A stretch of DNA of 62,152 nt, the filler included, from Sphacelaria rigidula (lineage: Eukaryota), in the NCBI GenBank assembly GCA_964200075.2. It is 10 parts of 10 records of this genome, joined end to end, with 100 filler letters (N's around TTAATTAATTAA, not from the genome) between each part and the next. Parts side by side here need not be neighbours in the genome. Positions count along the whole stretch, not along the records: positions 49,804 to 55,928 come from CAXNAA020022076.1; positions 56,029 to 62,152 come from CAXNAA020022077.1; 8 more parts are not named here. The stretch is one strand, 5' to 3'. The notes beneath the pieces were generated by a model that ran no database searches, was not told the DNA's origin, and saw only the letters and a list, made by a program, of their open reading frames with translations. The position numbers were made by a program, and so were the translations under genes. Below, in pieces: positions 51,599-62,152 of this stretch. The first letter of the stretch is position 1; every line of letters starts with the position of its first letter.

Positions 51599-52030
51599 CT
51601 ACGTCAAGTCAGGTTACATCATCTGCTTCAACTGGCCGCCGATGCGGTAGTCTTGCGGGCTTATTGCGCTGAATCTGCTGCACGCCACGTGGCCTAGTTT
51701 TTTCGCCACAGTATCCCACTGTTACAGACACCGACCGCATGCTACACAACTGAACCTCGGGCGTAGTACGTCAAATTGATAATGGGACTGTCCCGTAGAG
51801 GACGCGCTCTGGACAGGGGAATGTGTGTGTACCTTATTCTTGTATTAAACTCTTATATCCTTCACTCACCAAACAATTACCGTGCACGCTCCACCCGAGC
51901 TGCGTTTTCCCACTCAAAAGCAATAAACGAAATGCACCAAAAACATGACTGAGCATGAAAGGTAGGACCGCATAATAGGTTCCCTTATATGTCATACATC
52001 CAGCCTAATCCAATCGCTCAGTCATGAACA

Positions 52031-52640
52031 ATATTGATGCAGGATATAGCGCGGCACAAGTAGCATCGACCATGTTGCGGTTGCGGAGGATTAGGTAACC
52101 AATCAGAGGAATAATGTCTAATGACGTAGGTAATGTGAGTACAGTCACGTGCAGTGCGGGGAACCGGATCGCCTGACCCCCATCTTCGGTCAGTCCTGGT
52201 TCTGGGTGCCCACGGCAAAAATGCCTCGCTGTGGGGCTTTGCAGAAGAGTTTGCGGTGAGTCCGTGTGTGTGATGTTGAGTGGGAGGGATAAGGGTGTTT
52301 TATTGAGTAACATTGTGTGAGTGATTGAGGTAAATTGGCTGAATTAGCAGAGTGTGACAATGAGATAATCAAAACGCTATTTACAGCACTACTGTTGTTT
52401 GCGTGAACCGGACTACTGACCATTGTTCACGCACTTGAGTTGTGTGGACGATTACCCCCGCATCAGAGCCGTTTATTACGCTAGCGGAAGCGATTTACCG
52501 CCGTTGCAGAAGGGTTTGAAACTGGAGAGAGTTTGACCAAGAGGAGAGTTTGGGTCGAAGAGGTTTTGAGAGAGAGGTGTGAATGTTTTCAGGTTTGAGT
52601 GAAGGTACAGCAAGGTCAGCAATTTAACTCGGTTTTAATA
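52031..52640 (+). mobile_element. Putative 5' LTR of the contig-9 Copia element (boundaries tentative)
   Basis: Directly upstream of gag; TATT...AATA inverted ends; CCAAT and TGACGT motifs near 52099-52127; followed by gtatcag (PBS-like). Confidence 0.35.
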
Positions 52641-52666
52641 TAAAAGAGTATCAGAACCCCACGACC

Positions 52667-55330
52667 ATGCAAGAGCAATTGAGACTTCTAACTGAACAGA
52701 TAAGCAGAGTGCAAGAGAAAATGAACAGCACACCGGTGATGCCTGCTAATACAGCACAGCAAGCACCGTTCCACGACCCCAATTCCCACCGTCTTCTCAG
52801 CTCCAAAAGCATTCCACCTTGGGATGAAAAAGCTGCCACATCCACTAATGCCAGGGACCGGTTCGATGTGTTTTACATCCAGATGTGTGCCTATTTCAAG
52901 GATGAAGGCTGCTATTACGCTTTGTCAGTTGACAACCCTATCAGGACACATTGTGAAAACGAGTAGGATTTGCGAGCACATTTCGGAAACGTAGCTGTCG
53001 ACAAAGCCAAAAAGGCTATGAAGATCATTCTCGATAAGGTAACCTTTCCTCTCTTAGTAATACACATTGATATGCTTGCGAACCCAAGCCAAGCATAGGA
53101 TTATATCGTCAAGTACTACAGGATTCCAGAAGCCACGGAAAAAGCCAAGTTGGAGTACGAATGGCAAACGGTACAGATGGCTGACCGCGAATTGCGGATG
53201 AACTTTCTCTCGCGGGCATAGTTCATTCGCACGAACCGCAAAGAATTCAATGTAGTTCTCTTGGACTCTGAGGCGAACAGGCATGTTGTTCGATGCCTTT
53301 CATCAGAATACGAGCACGAACGTAGGAATTTATGAGCACGACGTGAAATAAGCATAGAAGAGGTCACCCGCCAACCACGAAATGCGTATGCTGAAGCACA
53401 GTTGTCAAGAGAGAGGCAAACGACAACCTTGAACCATGCACTTTCCGCCGGTAGTACTAATGGTGGAAAGGGTCATGGCTCACCAGGCAGGCAGAACGGG
53501 GGAAACCGAAGACCCCACAACTCCCCAAATCAATACAATTACCACAATATCCCTCCGAACCGCACCAATTCCCCATAACAATCTAGTTTCCATTCCAATC
53601 ATGGCCCACAGCAACACTTCAGCGGTGGTCATGGTGGTCGAGGGAGGGTGGTATTCCCGGAGACAACAGCCACGGCGACCACACAGTCCGTGGAAACTGT
53701 CGGGAACTGGCCGTGGTATGGTACACCAACCCAGTCGACGAATCTACCAAATTCGTTGTACATTCAACTGTCCTAACTGCCCTCCTCGCCAGCACCACGC
53801 GCAGCATCACAACGCCCAACATCACCACACCCAGCAACACCAACGAATATATACAGGCCCAGACCATCACCGTTCCTCGGGTAGTCAGGGCCCAACATAT
53901 CGCCAACAACCGTCTAACCACACGCCCAACCATATATCATCACAATCCCATTACCCGCATCCACAACACCAAATCCACAACCATCCACCACAAGCCAACA
54001 CCTTTCAGCAGACTAATTTCGCCCACCATTACCATGAGAGGGTTAATAACTTTGTCCATGAGGACGATACTTTCAACGATGCCGGTTTTGCCCAAATGGT
54101 ACAATACCATACCTATCGACATCAACGGCAGCCGCAGCCTACCACCATCACTGAACATCTCTTCTGCTACACGTCACCTCCATCATCCAATCACCACCCA
54201 CCACCGTCTTCCGGACACAACCAATCCCAACACCATTCCTCATCAACCGCTCCATAGATCTACCACCCATCACAATTTCAACTGCCAGACCATTGCCACC
54301 ATGATCCTTGCTCCGCTGCACAACCACCATCATACTCGTCACTCTACTACGAGTTATCCGACCAATATTCCCATCCTGTGAACCCCCACCAAACGTCGAC
54401 TGCCGAGCTGCCGCGTGCTGATAACCCTGGCGGTAATGTGTACATGGCGCTTTCTGCCGCACCAGAAAAATCACTTTTCAGTTTGGGTAATTTCGATGTG
54501 AAGGGTAGGATGTTGCATCAGATGAAATCTCCGCCCCTTTTTTGTTCAAAAATATGGATTGCAAACTCAGGTGCATCGCACCACATTACAGGCAACATGA
54601 CCGTCGTTTTCGATACTCGTCCTCCACCAGTGAGTGAAGAGAATGTTGTTCTAGGGGGTGGTAAAGTGCTACCGGTTAAGGCTGTACGGAGTCTCAAGTT
54701 CAAATTTCATCAAGCACGTGCGAAAATCTCCCCCCATGTTGATGCAGTGTGTGTACTGCTGACGGATGCGTATGTTTTGGAGGGAATTCAGTTTAACCTA
54801 CTCTCAATCCACAGGGCTCAAAAGAGCCAACAACTCATCTGCGATAAAGTAGGTGTGCATATATTCGACGGCAGACTACGTTTCGACTACAACGACCGTT
54901 CATCATCACAATTTGCCACACGCCTGCCATCAACCTATGAACAGCTTCTAGTAGTCACTCCCGTTGTCGCCACTGAGGGTGACTCTACATTCATCCCGCA
55001 ACAAGCTAGTGTTGGTAAGATTTCCCCGGATTTTGCTTTTAACCAACAGCGAGTTAGTGTCAGTGACTTTTCCCCAGATTTTGATTCTGCTCCCCACCGA
55101 GCTAGCACCCGTAAGTTTCCCCCAGATTTTGCTTCTGCTCAACAGCGAGTTGATGTCGGTAAGATTCCCACAGATTTCACTGATATTTCCACAGCGAGTT
55201 GGTGTCAGTAAGATTCCCTCTGATACTGTTCCAATTACACAGTAAGCGAGTGAGAGTTTCCTCTGGCTCCGGATTCCACTCCACAGCAAGCGAGTGTCGG
55301 TAAGATCCCCCCATATTCTGCTTTTTCCCC
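52667..55330 (+). mobile_element. Ty1/Copia gag-protease region, decayed
   Basis: Gag-like frame broken by several stops; H/Q/N-rich linker; protease signature WIANSGASHHITG (catalytic D appears as N) and ...DAYVLEGIQFNLLSI; no integrase before the contig end. Confidence 0.85.
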
Positions 55331-55928
55331 CCGGGTTGTGATTGTCGACCAAAATTTCCGCGAATATTCTAGTACTCGGTTTTCAAGTGTTGGGGATTTG
55401 AGTGAGGGGGAGAGAGGGTACATGGCACTTGCACCCAACCAACGACCCTCCACGGACGGCCAACCACGACGTCAAATGGACATCACCAACGGCGTCGCGT
55501 GGACGGTGACTCGTCAGAACTTTCCCACAGCAGCATCGCTCGACGGCGGGAGGGGGGGGAAGCAACGTTGATCGTGTCGCCAACGCCGCCGGAATACCGA
55601 CACTATTGCCACCCTTCCCCGTTGCCGCATCACCACCGTCACCACGGCTTCCCTGTCCCGCAGCCAGGCATCGATGAACGGGGAAAGACTTTTACAGGCG
55701 GGTACAATACACATTGGGGCCCGGAGAAGTTTCTTTCCGTCAAATTCTGTGTATTCCAAGCTGCAAAGCGTTTCATGCGCACTGTTTTCTAATACGAACG
55801 GTAACTTGTCGATTTCTGTTCCGTTATTCGAGCACTGTCCGATGCCGATCCCGGAAAAGTTTCGTATTGCTGTTCGACAGTTTCTTCGGATGTTTGACTG
55901 GACCCGAAGCGGCGACCTTGCCTCAGGT

Positions 55929-56028
55929 NNNNNNNNNNNNNNNNNNNNNNNNNNNNNNNNNNNNNNNNNNNNTTAATTAATTAANNNNNNNNNNNNNNNN
56001 NNNNNNNNNNNNNNNNNNNNNNNNNNNN
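55929..56028. other. Artificial contig linker
   Basis: N44-TTAATTAATTAA-N44. Confidence 0.99.
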
Positions 56029-56938
56029 ACACAGCAAGGGTCATCATCCACAGGATGCCCTTGTCCCCCAGTCGTCATCCAGGATCCACTATATGCTCAA
56101 CCGTGACGGCGTGATTTCGCCACAGTGCTCTCCACCCCAATCCCCATCACATCTCCTGCCAGGGGGAACCTGTCCGACGGCAGTACGATGATCCCGACAT
56201 CATGACAGATTCACCACAGTCGATCACTGTGAGGAGCATTCTGAATTCGATGATTCCTGCTTGTGACTTGGCTGAGACTTGTCCCAACATGTATTACCAC
56301 GCAAGGCACGTGCAGGGGGGGGGGGAGGGAGGGGCTCTCACCGACAGATGCTGTATGTACGTTACGGGGTTGACAGCACTGCATTACTTCGTTGTGTTCT
56401 CAAATCTTGTAATAGTATTCAGTCGTGGCGAGAAAGCGAGGAACCGTTTAGTCATTTCCCTTGTCAAAAAAGTGCCGTCAAAAAAGGGCGCATGGATTGC
56501 CTGCAGATACCTTTTTTTCTCACTCCGCGGTGGTGTTCATCTCCAAGCTTCTCGTTGAACCCCCGGACACTTACGTGCGAGTCGCAAAAGTTGGGAAGAC
56601 CCATCCCGCCGGGGTGATGCCGAGTGCCAAGGAGGTGTGGTGCCGACATAAACTTCTTCGCGAGCCATGACCGTGTGGAAGCCGTCAGAGTGGGAGAAAC
56701 TAGCCTTAAAAAGTGTTGGCGACAGCAACTGCCCTGAAGCCGCTCACATGTGGATACACACACGTACACACGCATACACATACCTGACCCCTGGCAACAA
56801 TTAAAGTGATGACCGAAAGAGCAGGCGTATTCACTCTTGCTGCAACCGCCTGCCGCTTCGGACAGTAATGTAGTGTGTAGCATCATGGTCTGTGTCATAC
56901 AGCGCACGTCACACTTTCGCGCAGTCAGCAATGCGGTA

Positions 56939-57793
56939 CGAGCTGGGCCAGCCTAGAGGCGGATTTGAGGTTTGCAGGCCCACGCTCCCGCCAATACTTG
57001 GAGTTGGATCCTGAAATTTGGTATGGACAATGCATAGGGCGTGAAAAAAAGTATTGCATCGGCACCAAAAGTTTTTATTGTTTGTTTTCATGAGTTAAGG
57101 GCATTTTACTGATACCTCAAAACTGATTATTGCCCTTAACTTATCAAGAAATAAAGAACAAAAGATGGTGCCGATTTAATTTTTTTCCCATGCCCTATGC
57201 ATTGTCCATACCAAATTTCAAGGTCTAACCCTAAATATTGGCGGGAGCATGGGCCTTTAAGAAGCCGGGTCGGTAGAAATTCGGAACAGTATCTCGCAGG
57301 CCACTCACTGGCCTATGTTTGATTTTCGTGTAATGAAATTTTGAGTGGGCGCTCTCTAAGCGCATAATTAAGAGAACAAAGTGGGTCAGGTTGCTTTTTT
57401 TCCCTATTTTTTCACTGGTTTAGGGCGTTCTACCATGGTGAAGACCATTTTTTCACGAGAACGCCGTAACCTCTACGAACAAAAAAATTAAGGCCCATCT
57501 TTTTATTCGGCACTCTTTTGTGGTTCTCCACACCAAAAATTCGTCGCCATCCGCTAAATGCATCGATCGGGAGTTTCATAGAAATTGTAGTATTGGCGCT
57601 ATCTCCCTCAGGTATAGGAAATACTGGACATGGACTTTAATCAACGAGAAAATATGGGCCCAAAATTTTGAGCAGGCAGGCACCTTGCCCTTGATTAGAC
57701 GATTGATACGATATGCGGATCACGGCCCAACTCGTCTGTGTCGATGAGATATTGCTTTTAGAGCTCAATCCGTTTTCAGGCTGGCCCATCTTG
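56939..57793. mobile_element. Non-autonomous Tc1/mariner-type element, 855 bp, with long internal hairpin
   Basis: TA|CGAGCTGGGCCAGCCT ... AGGCTGGCCCATCTTG|TA (16-bp TIR, 2 mismatches, TA on both sides); internal palindrome about 56977-57256. Confidence 0.85.
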
Positions 57794-57916
57794 TACAGCA
57801 GCAGTGTCAGCGGTTGGGCTCGGGATTGAGTCAGTCATATATCCCGCAACGTTTGCGGTTGACCGTCTTACTATATCCTCCGACCTACTCGAGCACGCCA
57901 CTCAGGCCGCTTCTTA

Positions 57917-58495
57917 CTAGCTCGGCAAGCCTAGAGGCGGATTTGAAGTTTGCAGGCCCATGCTCCCGCCAATATCTAGAGTTGGACCCTGAAATTTGGT
58001 ATTTACAGTGAAAGGGCACGAAAAAAAATGACCACGGTAACATTTTTTTTTTATCATGAGTTGAAGGCATTTTACTGATACCTAAAAACTGATTATTGCC
58101 CTGGACTGTCAAAAAAAACTATTTTGGCACCGAGGTAATTTGTTTTCATGCCCCATTCGTTGTGCATACCAAATTTCAGGGTCCAACTCTAACTATTGGC
58201 GGGAGCATGGGCCTTCAAAAAACAGGGTCGGTCGAAATTCGGAACAGTATTCCGAAGACCACTCACCGGCCGACGTTTCGTTTTCGTTCATTAAAATGTT
58301 GCGTGGGCGCTCTCCAAGGCAAAATCAACAGAACAAAGCAGGTCAGTTCTTTAATTATTTTTTTCACTGGTTTAGGGCGTTCTAGTATGGTGACGACCAT
58401 TTCTTCACGAGAACAATCAAACCTCTACGAAAAAAAGTAGAAAAATGAAGGCCCACTTGTTTTTTATTTTGGCAACACTTTTGTGGTTCTCCGTG
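57917..58495 (+). mobile_element. Third, partial and diverged copy of the same element
   Basis: ta|ctagctcggcaagcctagaggcggatttg..., collinear with 56939-57530. Confidence 0.82.
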
Positions 58496-59060
58496 CCAAG
58501 TTTCAAAGCACAATTCTGAAAATTGAGCCAAAATATCGAGATAAGGCCTAAGAGCAACGTTCGTTATTCCCCAAAACTCCACTAAAAACACGAAAAAAAA
58601 TGCAAAAATGAAGGTAGAAAGCTCTTTTGAATTTTTCTCATGCCTGAAGCCATCGGGACAGAGGGGGCAAGGAGCAGAGGCAGATAAATTACGAACCCCG
58701 CAAAGCCCACCAGACTTTTCGAATCCCTCCAGAGACATTTTTTGAACCCCATCTGAGGGGGGAGGTGATGGGTTTTGGAAGCGCCTTATTCCTTCGACTC
58801 GAGACGATTCAGCCAACACCCCATGAAAGTTTCAACTGTGTGTAGAGAGCACTGCGTGCCGACAACATTTTAAGCAAATCAGGCACTCCCAGCAGAGATC
58901 AAACCGTCTCCACAAAGGCCTGAAGACGCCACAGCGCAGCGAGACCTACAACACACTAGACAGACCATGAGTGTGTTTGTGCTACAGCACAGTCATACAG
59001 GGCATGACCCATTCGATAGTCCTTGACCTGATTTCAGGTGGGTTCTTGATTTTTGCCCAG

Positions 59061-59143
59061 CGGCGAGTTTCAAACGCTCGGCCATAATCGCGATTGCGGC
59101 GAAAATATTTTACTTCACTTTGAGCTACCCCTATCTGTGGGAG
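59061..59143 (+). CDS. Candidate exon of unknown gene
   Basis: tttttgcccag|83 nt|gtgagc; reads ASFKRSAIIAIAAKIFYFTLSYPYLWE; no family recognised. Confidence 0.3.
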
Positions 59144-60166
59144 GTGAGCAACTGTCTGCTAAAAGGAGCGGCCTCACCAGCGACTCAATACAGTACAGGC
59201 AGACCCTGCTGTACCGCTCAAGGGGGGCGAGGTAGTTTGTTTTCACGAACTACGTTCGTCGTCTCGAATGAAATACCGGAAGTCTGAAGGAGGCCGACTC
59301 GGAAGACAATTACAATAAGTTCAAATCAAAGTTCAAGACTGTCCAAGCCCCCTCCAGCGAGTGTGCATCCAGCAACCGGAGCAAGGCTGGTTTCTACTCA
59401 CCTCCGTGAACTCCTCTGCATTCGCATCCGCTTGCTGTGACCTTCCACCTTAAGGGAACGACGGTGAGGTGTGATATAGGTGGGGTGATATATATATATA
59501 TATATGTAAGGAGAGGTGGGGTGGGTGATGTGCGGTTATCATGTTTTTTTCGTCTCGCGGAAGCACCTGCACTCAAGGTATCGTCAAGCTCTACTTTTCA
59601 GGGGCGATGTGCAGGTACGCCACGGAACGAGCGGGCGTACCCGAGTTCGCCTGTACGTTGTTTTTGTTTGCAAACGGGAAGGTCGCCGCGAGATACGGGG
59701 CGTGATATACACGACAACACGGACGAGACAAGCTGTTGTTGCAACTGTCTCGTGCATACTGTTGCCTTCAGTCCTCGTCATGAGGAACATTGCCGAGGAA
59801 CCTCGGTGATGCAACCTGCCCAAATATAATCCATGTACGTAGGACGGTGTTGAAACAACATTTGCGCCGCGAAATGAACACAACAAAACTACAGATTTGA
59901 ACCCGAACTTGCATTGTCCATCCATGATGAATGTTTTGGCGTTTATATGCCCCTACGTCTGTGCAAATCAAGGGAGTTTCGATCGATGCTGTACATATGC
60001 CCGTATGCCTGTGACCAGTACTCGATAGCGCAACCTCAGATTTTTGTGCGCATCGTAGTACCGGCTTGCGCTGGTGATCGCTTCGACTCACGACTGGTGT
60101 CCGCCCCTCTGCTGCCAGTACCCTCTTCGCCACTTTTCTTTCCATCCGCTTTATAAACAACAGCAG

Positions 60167-60337
60167 GCTTCACCCGCCACCATGCCCTTGACTGAAGCCG
60201 GCTGGCCTTTGCCCTCGCGCGTCTCGCGGAACGCTCCATCCCTTGAGGCGATCGACAACGTACCCAACAGAAAGTCCGAAGATCGTACGAAAAAAGAAAA
60301 CGTCGGAGCAGTTACGACTGCAGAGAAGTTTACGAAG
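60167..60337 (+). CDS. Candidate exon of unknown gene
   Basis: Pyrimidine tract, cag|171 nt open|gtgggt; phase-compatible with 59061-59143; no family recognised. Confidence 0.35.
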
Positions 60338-60959
60338 GTGGGTCGAAACGTAAAAAACTGGCTCAAAACCCTTGGGTAGTTGGTAGCTATAGTTGAACCG
60401 AATGTTGACAGAGTACACGCCGAACCATAATGCATGGTACACAATAATCACCGCCCGCACATGCGTGCCGATGCGCCTATTCCGACACTGCATATCTCAG
60501 GAATCGCGGCGACTGTCGGGCGAGGCAAGATTCCGATCGCGAGCGAAATAGACAGATTACGAATAAGGTGAAGGTGAGGGTATTTATCGTATCTCCATGC
60601 TCCATGAAATGTGCACACCAAAAACCGTTGTCACCCGCTGAATGTATCGATCGGAGGTTTCATATAGATTTTTGTCATGTGACGAGGATTTGTAATCTTC
60701 CCATCCCAAACTGGCGGGGATCGGCAAGCACAGATTTTTGCGAACAAATTTTCGTTCCGCGGCCAATCTCGAACCTCAGAGCCAAGCGAATCTGAAAAGC
60801 AGACCAGGCTCCTCTCTGTGAGGTGATGCAACGTGTCGGAGACGTGTGTTGGCGGTTTTCTTGGCTTGGGGGTCAAAAGGTGGTTCAAACGTCCCAGAAG
60901 CGAACAATCCGTGGGCCTAAAATCTGCCCACATTATACAGATATACCCCTGTGGGTGTG

Positions 60960-61933
60960 GTATACTCGCAACAAGTATATCCACCTATATAGGAGGATCC
61001 TTATTTCCACCGTGACCTTTTATCATGACCGATCCCGCGTTGTTTTATTTTATTCGGGAGCCCACATTTCTTTAGTCAGCTGCCCGTTACCAATGTTTTC
61101 AAACAAAGTAAAGCCTTCACGCGTAGTATCGGAGTGCAGGCAGTAATACACAGCAGTAACACAGTAAACAAAGTGAAGCCTTCACGTGTAGTACCGTATT
61201 GCAGGCAGTAGTCAATAGTCATATCCTCTGCATCTGCATCCACTGCCATGGACGTGCATCTGCATGTGACCTCGAACCCTACAGTGAAGACGGTGTAGTA
61301 CTGTACTGTATTGGCGAAGCACAGCTGCCTACCGTGCTCGCGAGTACAGCCCGTGCTCGCAACCTGGCAGAATACAGCCTGTACTCGGACATGGAGTAGT
61401 ACAAGATAGTAAGTACAGGCTACAGCTGTGCCGTGTTTGGGAAGCATAGCCCATACTTGTGATGTCGTACTGTTCGCAAAATCCACGGCCTGTATTGTGA
61501 ATACTCTTGCCTGCTGCAACACCCTGGCACTGCATTGTACTACGAACAATATTTTCGTGAGATTGAGAGTAGAGCGCTGGTTGAGAGTGGTTTTGATAAT
61601 TTGCTGTAACTTCGCCATTTTGTCATTCCGTGTGTGCTTTTCTTCGCCTCTATCATTGGCGTGTGCTTACAGCTACACGTCAATATCTTATTCAGGGATA
61701 TCAAGGGCCTCAGTGGCAAGCTACCAGTGGCGCTCTCAAATTCAAAAACTTGGCTCTGGTTTTGCTCGTAACCCGAACCCAGTTTGTTTGAAAACATCGG
61801 TAACGGGCAGCTGATTGAAAAAATGTGGGCTCCCGAATTAAAAAAAAACTGCGCGGGATCGGTCATGATATAAGGTCACGGTGGAAATAAATTTCCACAT
61901 GTATAGGTGGACATACTTTATGCGGTGGTATAC
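60960..61933. mobile_element. Long-TIR (foldback/Mutator-like) element, arms about 60960-61108 and 61783-61933
   Basis: ttatttccaccgtgacctt-tatcatgaccgatcccgcg...tcagctgcccgttacc-atgttttcaaacaaa is mirrored on the right arm. Confidence 0.8.
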
Positions 61934-62152
61934 TTGTGTAATATATATGTGTGTAACCAGGGGGCAGCGCGGAGAAATGTTTTGGACACCTAGCCCCCCC
62001 CCCCCAGAGTGCTCCGTCTCGAAAGGGATGCGTGGTGAATGGTCGAACGACTAAGGCAAGCAAAAATAATGAGTACGCCCCCCCCCCCCCCCCCCCCCCC
62101 ACCCCCCCCCCCGACCAAACAACACGCTCAAACTACGTGCATTTGCTGCATC

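Noticed and set aside
53436..54381. Long H/Q/T-rich ORFs as independent genes
   Set aside because: They are the low-complexity linker between Copia gag and protease, and its alternative frames.
6127..56028. Regularly spaced TTAATTAATTAA motif about every 6.2 kb
   Set aside because: Artificial N-padded linker between length-sorted contigs; not biological, and it invalidates cross-contig synteny.

Overview
This window is not one locus. It is ten unrelated contigs of 6124-6126 bp, sorted by length and joined by nine identical artificial 100-bp linkers (N44-TTAATTAATTAA-N44), so neighbourhood across linkers means nothing. The DNA is eukaryotic nuclear sequence with short GT-AG exons, long introns and a dense repeat load. 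It is most likely a stramenopile such as a brown alga, but that is inference. Most of the supplied ORFs are spurious. By manual splicing I can support three partial genes: an EDR2-like START + DUF1336 gene (contig 1, minus strand, 6 exons in phase), a fimbrin/plastin-like CH-domain gene with a 1-nt frameshift (contig 5) and a divergent CEP104-like gene (contig 7). There are two decayed Ty1/Copia fragments: RT/RNase H in contig 2 and gag-protease in contig 9. The rest is non-autonomous TIR/foldback elements, tRNA-derived SINE-like repeats, minisatellites and microsatellites. I found no CRISPR array, rRNA, intact tRNA or prokaryote-type system. The most unusual signals are (i) a ~200-bp TGT...ACA element with a 4-bp TSD that carries telomere-like CCCTAA repeats, (ii) two arrays with a strict 42-bp period, one made of self-complementary units, and (iii) the frameshifted fimbrin exon. 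I cannot show that any of these is a new biological system. All family assignments come from motif recognition by eye, without database searches.
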